From: Selaginella moellendorffii
Lineage: Eukaryota; Plantae; Lycopodiophyta
Reading direction: 5' to 3'
DNA length: 10,732 nucleotides
Assembly: GCF_000143415.4 (NCBI RefSeq)
Contig: NW_003314590.1
Location: forward strand, 1 to 10,732
The notes under the pieces were generated by a model. It did no database searches and was not told where the DNA came from. It worked only from the letters and a program-made list of their open reading frames with translations. Shown here one piece after another: positions 1-8,322 of the stretch (its first letter is position 1; the number at the start of each line of letters is the position of its first letter). The position numbers and the translations under genes were made by a program.

Positions 1-207
1 TGCGCTTTATTGGGCCAATCCGTGGCAGTATATCGTAATTGGGTGTTACTCGATGAGTCTTGGTGAGTCTTTCTTCGCAATTTCTCACTCTTGGAATTTG
101 TTAAGCGCTCAATTTCGTTAACTTTGCAGGCACTTGTGGTGTTCGTTCTTTACGTCAGATGCACAGGAATCAATCCTGCGGACTCAAAGCTACCTCTTTG
201 CAGCTAG
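1..207 (+). pseudogene. N-terminal fragment of a plant DHHC protein S-acyltransferase (PAT19-22-like), truncated
   Basis: 23-61 reads WQYIVIGCYSMSL, followed by intron 63-129 (gtgagt...ttgcag). 130-207 then reads ALVVFVLYVRCTGINPADSKLPLCS*. This matches the plant PAT motif WEYxLIGVYSPV/ALxVFVLYVRCTAINPAD as I recall it. Exon phases do not agree and there is a stop at 205-207, with no DHHC domain following. Confidence 0.7.
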
Positions 208-241
208 CAAGTACCTGAGCTAAACTTCTTTGCAAAAACAG

Positions 242-703
242 ATCGTGGATTTGGCAACCTTGACAGATCGCGTTGGGCAACGAGATTGGAGGTATCGTCC
301 TCTCTTAGAATTGTTTTTCTAACTCCATGGCAAAACAGGCATGTTTACTCCCAGCGACGAACTCGCGGAGGAACTGTCCCAAGCGTCAAGCGCCGCCGGA
401 GAGAAGCTATGGCGGATAGATGATGAAGTCGGGAATCGCGGACATGGTGAACACGGGTGGACGTCCTGGCGGATCCATAACGGCGTCGCTCTTCTTGAAA
501 CAGGTACCCCTTTCGTTTTGTTCTTGTGGAAGAACTTCTAATCTCTTCCATTCTTGATGGATGGACAGTTTGTCGATGAGAAAATTCCTTGGGCTCATCT
601 CGACATCGCTGGACCCGTGTGGAACGAGAAGAAGAAAATGGCGACTGGATTCGCTGTGGGGACCTTGGTGGAATGGGTTTCGAAGCACGCATCCTCCTCA
701 TAA
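242..703 (+). pseudogene. LAP: C-terminal fragment of an M17 leucyl aminopeptidase (3 exons, 2 frameshifting deletions)
   Basis: Exon 242-291 reads IVDLATLT-(frameshift; GACI missing)-IALGNEIG, then intron 292-338. Exon 339-503 reads GMFTPSDELAEELSQASSAAGEKLWR-(frameshift at ~416-419; MPLEESYW missing)[28 protein letters not shown], then intron 504-568. Exon 569-703 reads [44 protein letters not shown]. The upstream NTDAEGRL exon is absent; the PAT fragment sits there instead. Confidence 0.92.
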
Positions 704-1155
704 AGTAAAAAAAAAGAGGTTGGTTTTTCCCACAGCAGGATTGTTTCTTGAGGCTCATTTTTGCTCGGTCGTTAAACAATTTACATTTATTATAACAACG
801 AAATATCTTACTCCTAATTTGAAATTAGCATATCCCTTGATCCATGGGCGAATCTTAACCTCCGCGCAATGCAGGCAAGGGCATATGCGCGCAATAAGCA
901 CAGCAACGCACAAATGCCCCACACCCGCGGTAAATATTTGCTTTCCATCTACTGTGGTAATGGTAATGCAAGCCAGGGTAGGTGAAAAAATTAAAAATCA
1001 CCGCACGGATCTGGGCCGTGGGATGAGCTCGAACGGCCCTTCTTACAACATTTTAAAAAGTATTAGAAATCTCAACGCCACGCTATCTCAAAATTTTTTA
1101 TTGGTTTTGGCGCTTTGCCGCGTCATCAACCGTACAGGAATACTCTAAACTCGTG

Positions 1156-1167
1156 CGCCACGTGGCG
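1156..1167. promoter_or_regulatory. Perfect palindromic G-box (CGCCACGTGGCG), about 240 nt upstream of the nuclease-fold gene ATG
   Basis: 12-bp palindrome with the CACGTG core and GC flanks, the classical bZIP/bHLH site. Function is not demonstrated. Confidence 0.4.
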
Positions 1168-1336
1168 GATACGGGAATGTTATAATCCATCCCTTTTCAC
1201 ATTACATATCTTGATCGCGTTTCATATTTGGTCGTGATATATACGCTGTGCGGTTTGTTCTAGGGCGCGAACGAGAAAACGACTGTTAAGCGTGGGAGAG
1301 CAAGGAGAAGCGCGAGAAGGCTCGATGCTGTGTGAG

Positions 1337-1402
1337 TGCCCTCTTTCTTTCCTCCCCGATTGCCCTCTTTCTTTCCTCCCCGATTGCCCTCTTTTTCTCC
1401 CC
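1337..1402 (+). repeat. 24-bp pyrimidine-rich tandem repeat (2 exact copies plus 1 partial) immediately before ATG 1405
   Basis: tgccctctttctttcctccccgat occurs at 1337-1360 and 1361-1384; the partial copy tgccctctttttctcccc is at 1385-1402. Confidence 0.95.
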
Positions 1403-1404
1403 TC

Positions 1405-2464
1405 ATGGCTGCGATTTTTTGTTGTGAAGCAGGAAATGAGAGCGTCGTCGTTACTCCACGTCGAGTCAGGATCGACGAGCGCGCGACAAGAGCTGTCGAG
1501 CAGAAGCTCGTTCGGCTTGCCTTGCTCACAGGCGAGGAGGAAAATCAAGAGCTCTACAGCCCAAGCGACTTGATCATCGGAACAGCTCCCAACGCTGAAG
1601 CTTTCTCCAGGTGAGCAACCAAGAATGCTTCTAACCGTCAATGCTTCTACCGTCGATGCTTTCAGGTGGGCATCGGGAAACAGGAAGTTCCTCTGTGACT
1701 TCATCGGAGGAAAGATCATCGCAAGGGAACTCCCGCATAACCCCCATGGGCAAGCTCAGTTGAAGGTGGGAGTTGCTTTTGATGCACAAGCAAGTGGATT
1801 GCTCGTGGTGGCGACGGCTGTTACTTATAAACCGGATATCGGGGGGGATCTTTACGAGCCGGACGTAACAGTGCAAGTTCGTGGTCAAAGCTCTATTCTA
1901 CCTCCCGGTGTCGCGGCTTTGAGGACATATGGGGCTATCGTCATCGAGATCGCAACATCCCAGACACCCAAGAATCTTCACGAGCGAGCTGCGATCTTCC
2001 TTGGACCAGACTATCCTCGCTGCGAGCTCTATATCGGTCTCAAAAGGTTCAACGAGAGAGCTAATGGAACTATCGCTATGTTGGCTTCGGTCTATGAAAG
2101 GCCAGGAGCTGGCGGAGGGGCGGCAGGAGCTGGGGGAGGGGCGGCCGGAGCTGGAGCTGGAGCAGGGGGCGGGGGACCAATGCCCATCCGGCTTGTCTCA
2201 TTTGGGACTTGCCCTTTGGGCCCAAATGCAACCTGGAGAAATTCTCCGATTCTCACAGGGGTTGGACATGGTGGGATTGCTTTAAATGGTCCTGGAGTGA
2301 GGCCTTATATCCTGCGGTTTCCGGCGGTGCAAATTTTTACGACATTTGTTCCTCCTGGAGGTGGAGCAGTGGGCGTTCCACCAGCTGGTGCACCTGTGAA
2401 CTATGAGTTGGATCTTTATTATATCCAACAGGCTTTTTCATGCCCTTTTGAACCCACGTATTGA
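1405..2464 (+). CDS. Uma2-like / Crinkler-type PD-(D/E)xK restriction-endonuclease-fold protein, join(1405..1610,1666..2464), 334 aa
   Basis: The 55-nt intron 1611-1665 (ag|gtgagc...ctaac...ttcag|g) joins the 1336..1614 and 1625..2464 ORFs in phase. Motifs occur in Uma2 order: DFIGGKIIARELPHNPHG, YEPDVTV (EPD at 1856-1864), IVIEIATSQT (E at 1946), LHERAAIFL and YIGLK. The C-terminal part has LVSFGT...GVG...YILRFP...LDLYYIQ. There are no stops or frameshifts. Confidence 0.8.
2105..2176 (+). repeat. Coding Gly/Ala repeat (21-bp unit x2, then ggagct units) inside the nuclease-fold gene
   Basis: ggagctggcggaggggcggca / ggagctgggggaggggcggcc / ggagctggagctggagca..., encoding GAGGGAAGAGGGAAGAGAGAGGGG. 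Confidence 0.9.
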
Positions 2465-2584
2465 AATCTATGCAATCTACTTGTATTTCCTTTTTATAAG
2501 TAATATAAAAAGAGTTTTACCTTAGCATGTGTCTCATATTAAATGCTGATGATTTGGATCTTTATTTGTTCTCTCTTGGATGTA

Positions 2585-2796
2585 CGACTCGCTGGAGCTG
2601 GTGATTGTCAAGGGACGTTTGAGAGGCTGATGGAGGAAGCTGTGAGGAATGGAACATCGCCAGCGCAGTACAAAACTCCAAGGTGTGTGACCTCTCCAAG
2701 AATGCTGGAAGTTCTAGCGTCCAGAGCTACCAGAGTGGGGAGATTGTGTTCGAGAGCTGGGAGCCAAGCTTTCCACAAGGCAGTGCATCGACATGA
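2585..2796 (+). pseudogene. GH3: 3' remnant of a GH3 acyl-acid amido synthetase gene
   Basis: Near-identical to 4594-4812 (DSLELVIV..GTFERLMEEAVRNGTSPAQYKTPRCV) but with 4-, 10- and 9-nt deletions. Ends FPQGSAST* (tga 2794-2796). Everything 5' of ~2585 is missing. Confidence 0.92.
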
Positions 2797-4175
2797 CCAT
2801 GAGATTCCTAGAATATACCTGGAAAAGCATCCACACGGATTATATTATGTTTGTACAGAAGTCCATTGCCCCTTGAACTTCTTGATGTTAACAAGCTGGC
2901 GCACCAGTTCTTTGACGTAGCGCTTTAAATTGTTCTCTTCTTATCATAAAGTTTCAAATGGCGAGCATTGCCGAGTTTGAGCAAGCTTGTGAGAATGGAG
3001 CTTCGATCCAGGAGGAGTTGCTGGGCGGCATTCTCCGCAAGACCCATTATCTCCAGAAGTTTGGGAGCCCCCAAAGTCTGGCTGCTTATAAGTCCCAGGT
3101 TCCAATCGTATCCTACGAGGATGTTGCCGGAGTGATTGAAAAGATTGCTTGCGGGGAAGAGGGCCCAATTCTTTGTCACGACCAAGTTCTTTGCTTCTTC
3201 GCGAGGTAAGAATTTCTCCCATTCTTTATTTGTGTGAGAATCTTCTACTTCCAACATCGTCTGGGAAGGGTAAGATTATTCCAGTCACTGCTGAGAATAT
3301 CTCCGCCTTAATGAGGGCAGCGGAAATTTCCAATGCTTACATAGCAAGGTAGTTTGCTAACCTATCGATTGTTCGATGTGGGTTCAATGTGGAGATCTTT
3401 CAGATTTCCCGGAGCTTGGAAGTGGAAGAGTGCTCGGTTTATACTACTGCGGTCATCAATCTCATACCAAGGCGGGTATCTGGGTGGGAGCTCTCACCAC
3501 TTACTTGATCAAGACCTACAGAGGACCGTTTAACAAGTTCACCACTCCGTACGAAATGATCATCTCGGGATCAAACTGGCGAGAGCTGACGTACTGCCAC
3601 TTGCTGTGTGCTTTGATCCAGCGAGACGCGGTGGAACAGATCGATGCGAGTTTTGCCTACATCATCTGCGGGGCTCTGAAGATCCTCCAGAGTGATTGGC
3701 AGGATATTTGCAACGACATAAGAACTGGCAGCTTGAGCAGCGGTAAAGTCACACACCCAAAGCTCCAGGAAGCTTTCGCGAATTTTTTGGTTAACAAAGA
3801 GAATATTGCCGGAACCGCCGACGCCATCGCCAAGATTTGCAGCAGAGAATCGTGGTCTGGAATTCTTTCCTTGCTCTTCCCGGGAGCAAAGCTGGTGTCC
3901 GCAGTGGTGACGGGGGCGATGGCACACTTTGTTCCTGAGTTAAGAGATTACGCAGGTGGCAAGCTTCCAATCTCCGGAAAAGATTACTACTCGTCTGAGG
4001 GAGTTCTTGGGATCAACACAAACCCGGCTTCTCCTCTTGAGGACGTCGTCTTCACAATTTTACCACACATAATGTACTACGAGTTTCTTCCGCTCGGTGC
4101 TAATAATCCAGCTGGTGAAATCCTGGCTCCACACGAGGTTGTCGTTGGGCAAGAGTACGAGATCGTCATCACGAC
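2585..4175 (+). repeat. Segmental duplication, copy 1 (GH3 3' remnant + spacer + next GH3 gene); copy 2 is 9150-10732
   Basis: Colinear near-identity across exons, introns and the intergenic spacer. Both upstream remnants carry the same 10-nt (agtctggacg) and 9-nt (gcctagatc) deletions relative to 4729-4776. Confidence 0.93.
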
Positions 4176-4816
4176 CTTCGCAGGTTTGCCATCTTCTATC
4201 TTTTCTTGCAAATTTCTCATCCGAGGTGTTCTCTTTTCTTTAAGGATTATATCGATACCGAGTCGGGGACGTGGTGAAAGTATCGAGTTTTTTCCATGGA
4301 GTTCCTCAGCTGGCTTTCAGCTACCGCAAGAACGCGGTTCTGAGCGTCCAAAATGAGATGGTCGACGAGCAAGAGCTCCAAAATGTGGTGATGGAAGTAT
4401 CAAAAGATGCAGGGATCGAGGTGGCGAACTTCACAGCCTATGGCAATTCCACCGCTGTTCCTGCGCATTACGTGATCTTCTGGGAGCTCAAACGCAGAGA
4501 AGGGATCAACAGAGAGCTCTTGGAGAGATGCTGCTCGAGTATAGACAGGTCTTTCAATCCGGGATACACTGGAAAGAGGCTGGATGAAGTGATCGACTCG
4601 CTGGAGCTGGTGATTGTCAAGGAAGGGACGTTTGAGAGGCTGATGGAGGAAGCTGTGAGGAATGGAACATCGCCAGCGCAGTATAAAACTCCAAGGTGTG
4701 TGACCTCTCCAAGAATGCTGGAAGTTCTAGAGTCTGGACGCGTCCAGAGCTACAAGAGTGGGGAGATGCCTAGATCTGTGTTCGAGAGCTGGGAGCCAAG
4801 CTTTCCACAAGGGTGA
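2958..4816 (+). pseudogene. GH3: Full-length GH3 family gene, probably inactivated; exons 2958-3205, ~3254-3348, 3404-4183, 4245-4816
   Basis: GH3 motifs VPIVSYED, YYSSEG, AGLYRYRVGD (spliced across intron 4184-4244), PAHYVIFWE and QYKTPRC. Three lesions relative to the 9507 copy: a 9-nt loss of NAS at 3041/3042; an 8-nt loss (gctccggg) at 3253/3254 removing the intron-1 acceptor G and the SSG of the SSGT motif; and a 2-nt frameshift at the start of exon 3 (atttccc vs atgtttccc). Confidence 0.88.
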
Positions 4817-5513
4817 GGTGCCTAGAATATACCTGAAAAAGCATCCACATTTGTTTCCAACAGAAGTCGATGTGCCCCTCACCTGATTTTGTATCAAGCA
4901 ACTGGCTGAGATTTCTAAGAACAAACATAGTTAAGGTAGCAAAATCATAGTCAATACATACATTGGGCCAATTTCATCAGTTCTTAACTTGTTTTGTTCA
5001 GCCCTTGAAGTTTTCAAAGGTACAACAGAATACAACTATTAAAACTTGATTTGAATCATTGAAGCTGGAGGAGATTTAGTTGTGACAATTGCGAATCCAC
5101 CGCCACAGCTAAGATGGCTAATCTTCTTAAAAATTGCATCAACAAGAACATTGCTGCAGAAAAGATTGAGCTCTTTAGGTGGAGTTGCTATGTCTATTCC
5201 ATTATCTTCCCCACTATCAACAAGATCCCATTAGAAAAAAGATCCTGTCCCAATTTCACGTCACAAGACATTATGAATCTTAGCACATCTGGTTAAACCA
5301 AAAGAAAATTCTGAATGAGAAACAATGCAATGTACCACCATGTAGAGATCTTTAGCTTGTTGGTACTGCAGTTGTATTTTTCAACTGAAGTTCCCATCTA
5401 TTATAGGGCTTCCTCTAGCAAACTCTTAGCATGGAGGTTGGTCACTCTCATGTAGAAACTTTTTGCCAAAAATCCCATATCTAGTCTTGTGGGATTTTCA
5501 GTAACCCACTTAC

Positions 5514-6903
5514 CCATACTTGTGGTGGAATACTTGGATACAAACTTGTTACTTGCCACTGAGGGACTTTATACCCATTGCAAAGTAATGAAGCATGTGT
5601 AAATCTAGGGTAAGTTATCGCCATCACCACAGCCTCGAAAACGTCTGCTAGAACTTCCTAAATTTAGGCATGCAGCCACTCTTTATTAGTAAATCACATA
5701 TTTCTACCACTAAAAGCTTGAAAGGAATTTATGAGTGGTTTGGCGAATTTGCTCACCTATTGAAGTGCTGAGACAGATATTTCTTCCGTGATGTTGTCAA
5801 AGTTGGTGTCTGTAACATGATGGACCATGCATGTAAAGCATTGGTGACCACCTCCATCTCCAAGAAGAGAACGCAATGCATAATAAACTTAATGACAACT
5901 CAAGGGTCTCTCAATACCATATACTAACTTCCACATCCTTGCAAAGCTTTATTCTACCTGGCATCACCAATGGAAATGCACCAGCTATCCATACCACATT
6001 TGCATGGTGTTCAATGGCTCCCACATGCATGGGGCAGGTCCTTCTCAAAAGCAAGCCACTGTATCAGTGCATCCCTACACTCGTTGCATACTATGTAGAG
6101 TAACACAATTGTGCATAAGCAATTGAGCTGCATCTTCACTGTAAGGATTAAGAACATTATGTAAACCTTTATGAATATGCTTTTATTTCTTATGCATTTT
6201 GCCTCATGTAGCTTATTTTGTTGGCCCCTCAAAGTCTTATAACTGATTACTGACAAATATGCAATACACAAAGTACAACCAAGGGGAAAACAAGTTTGAA
6301 CATGGATACAAAGCTTATGAACTCAAAGCCAAGGACATAAAACCCATGAATTTGGAGCCAAGAGAAGCCTATACTTGTATGAAATGTTTTAAATCTAAAA
6401 AATATAAGTCTCCAATGAGTATCTTGATTTATGCATTTTATTTAACAATGGCTACAAAGACTATATAGCTTTATCATGGTAGTAGGCACATTATGTTTTC
6501 TCCTTATGCTCCACTACTTCAAGTAATAAATGTGAAGAGTAGGATATATTTATATCAAGATGGGAACATTGTGTTAACTCACTTTTGTGCCAAAGCTAAA
6601 TGCCTACTAAATGCTATAAAGTTCATAGCTAATCTCCTATAATGACAAGCTAGTTGATTGTCATTTCTTACTTACATATAATGCATATTTTGAATAAAGA
6701 ATTGTATTTATAATCAATACTCACCCTTCTACTTTTTGAAACCTGCACACGCATGATAAATTATGATGCCTAAATTGAGAGAAAAAATCACATACCTTAC
6801 CACAACATCCACAATGGAGACATTATGAACAAATTCTTGCACTGGTGTTTGCACAATTAGTCTTCACCCACCAATCAATCTTTTCCCTCAAACTCCTCAA
6901 AAC
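5514..6903 (-). pseudogene. Decayed multi-exon gene of unknown identity (possibly transposon-derived) in an AT-rich, CpG-depleted block
   Basis: Phase-0 exon candidates with canonical splice sites on the minus strand: 6903-6796 (VLRSLREKIDWWVKTNCANTSARICS*CLHCGCCGK), intron 6795-6743, micro-exon 6742-6725 (VSKSRR, gtgagt donor). Further down are an exon ending at 5757 (...DTNFDNITEEISVSALQ*), intron 5756-5658 and exon 5657-5514 (EVLADVFEAVVMAITYPRF...PPQVW, gtaagt donor). The in-frame stops are TAA/TAG. No family recognised. Confidence 0.45.
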
Positions 6904-7477
6904 CTACACATACAATAGGGATCAAATGTACCGCAACACCTATGGGGATAAGCTCATGAAAAAAACCTCATACTAGTGTTGCTTGCAATTGATGATGCTT
7001 ATACAACTGTTTTCGCTTTAATTAAAAACCCTCGTAACATTTCCACTTTACCCTTTCTAATATGGCAATGGCCTTTTTATAGCCTTCTATATTTAACACA
7101 TGGCATCGCATAGCAATTGAAATGTGATCAGAATATGTTTAAAAACCAAAAATCACTTTTGGCCACCACATCATTCATATATATTATGCAAAATTAAGAC
7201 CCTTTCAATTGAGTGCAAATTGTTTGCTGATTAAATATTTTAAAAGTTCTTTTTGTCCTCCCAACTTGTTGGTCAGAGACTAGGCTTTTCTCTTTGTTTT
7301 ACATGATTTAAAACATGTAATACATTACATTGGTGGTAATAAAAAAGGTAAGTCAAACATATATTTTTTCCGGTAATCACAGCGAACTTTGAGTAAAAAC
7401 ACCTCTATAAGTTAGCTTGAATTGGAATTTGTGGAAAATTATAAACATGATATGCCATCAGGAGAGGTTCCTCCTCC

Positions 7478-7677
7478 GGAAATCAGTGGTTTGTTCCTAG
7501 AAATCCCAGCCTCGCTGCCGTATCAAAGGCGTCATCCACCACAACATACGCAAACTTGTCCTTCCTCTGTATACATGTCCGAACGCTCTTGACCCGGGAT
7601 AATCCGTACTGCTCCCACCGAAGAGGACAATTTTAAAGAACTCGGATTCCCAAGAAACTTTATTCCATTCAAATATT
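7478..7677 (-). repeat. Left arm of inverted repeat: reverse-complement copy of the uL23-like 3' half and its 3' flank, in swapped order
   Basis: 7478-7615 is the reverse complement of 8439-8576 (138 bp, 2 mismatches by eye). 7616-7677 is the reverse complement of 8577-8629 with one 9-nt indel. Confidence 0.95.
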
Positions 7678-7679
7678 AA

Positions 7680-8300
7680 GTTCTTGGATCTCAAACACCG
7701 GCCTACTCAAGTGGCTTGCAAAATGAATGGCGGTCCTTGTGTGGAGCGAGATTTCTCCACACTTCATCCTCAACCTCCCTCTCGCCAGCACCACGAAGAT
7801 AATTACTTGATCCTGCAAAAACTCGTCCATGCAGATCTCCCCTCAAGCTGCTCCACCATCTTCGCCAGTGCTGCTGCCACCATCCCTTCCTGAAGCTCCG
7901 CTTCCTGCCCGTCAGCACCGACGCTCCAAGCCAGTGCCCATTGCTCGTCTCTGCATCAAGCACCACCTGCATTCGACACTTGCTCTCGCGAAAACTCGCT
8001 CTCCATCGCCAACGCCAGCTTCTGGCAGCCCTGGATCTCTTTGGAACCTCAGCCTCGAACGCTACACGCCCCGGACACGTATGCCGTACACTTCGTGACG
8101 GCCCCGTGCAGGTACGCGCCCCACTCCCGGCGGGCATGACCCTGCCTCTCCTCGCACACCTCCACAGCGCGACAAACCTTGCTAAAGTTGGCAGCACGAC
8201 GCGCTTGAGGTACTGGAAAGGTGGCGAGAATGGTGCCACCGTTGAGGGCGAAGGTGGAGCTGCCGGATCCGATGCGCGGGTGGAGTCTTGGTCCAGGTGT
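7680..8300 (-). pseudogene. RTCA: Fragment of RNA 3'-terminal phosphate cyclase (RtcA/RTCA type), multiple frameshifts
   Basis: Minus-strand segments in different frames: STFALNGGT, PFSPPFQYLKRVVLPTLARF, ARRG..MPAGSG, VVLDAETSNGHWLGAS, and ICMDEFLQDQVIIFVVLARGRLRMKCGEISLHTRTAIHFASHL. DEFLQDQ lies at 7827-7807 and the His codon at 7743-7741. This matches the RTCA motif DEYLQDQLIVFMALA...TLHTQTAIHFA from memory. The N-terminus is missing. Confidence 0.85.
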
Positions 8301-8302
8301 CA

Positions 8303-8311
8303 AAACCCTAA
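8303..8311 (+). promoter_or_regulatory. Telo-box AAACCCTAA, 11 nt before the uL23-like ATG
   Basis: Exact telo-box consensus. This element is characteristically found near the starts of plant ribosomal-protein and translation genes. Confidence 0.6.
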
Positions 8312-8322
8312 ACTAATCAGAC

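Noticed and set aside
345-779. Minus-strand ORFs 345..779 and 407..688 (likewise 2925..3257, 3571..3927, 9474..9899, 10133..10489)
   Set aside because: These are antisense shadows of LAP or GH3 coding sequence; their recurrence is explained by the duplication.
1013-1039. Stem-loop gggccgt-N13-acggccc as a Helitron 3' hairpin
   Set aside because: Only a 7-bp stem with a long loop, and no CTRR at the expected distance.
561-1148. 195-aa plus-strand ORF
   Set aside because: It overlaps the last LAP exon out of frame and runs through AT-rich 3' flank; no recognisable motif.
1337-1402. Possible CRISPR-like repeat next to a nuclease gene
   Set aside because: The units are directly adjacent with no spacers, low in complexity, fewer than three full copies, and in a eukaryotic context.
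1222-1719. Minus-strand ORFs with repeated ERGQSGRK / KEGNRGG peptides
   Set aside because: They are translations of the 24-bp tandem repeat and the antisense of the nuclease gene's exon 1.
2408-2566. 13-bp direct repeat ttggatctttatt (2408-2420 and 2554-2566) as a target-site duplication
   Set aside because: The first copy is inside the conserved LDLY coding motif, and the enclosed DNA is just the gene end and 3' UTR, not an element.
5616-5657. EVLADVFEAVVMAI (minus strand) resembles the RNase III motif LADxFEAxxGAI
   Set aside because: The conserved Gly is absent and there is no convincing upstream ERLEFLGD signature; the match is too short to call.
5114-6468. Short plus-strand ORFs 5114..5296, 5876..6103 and 6259..6468
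   Set aside because: They are short and motif-less in AT-rich DNA; the splice signals here point to the minus strand.
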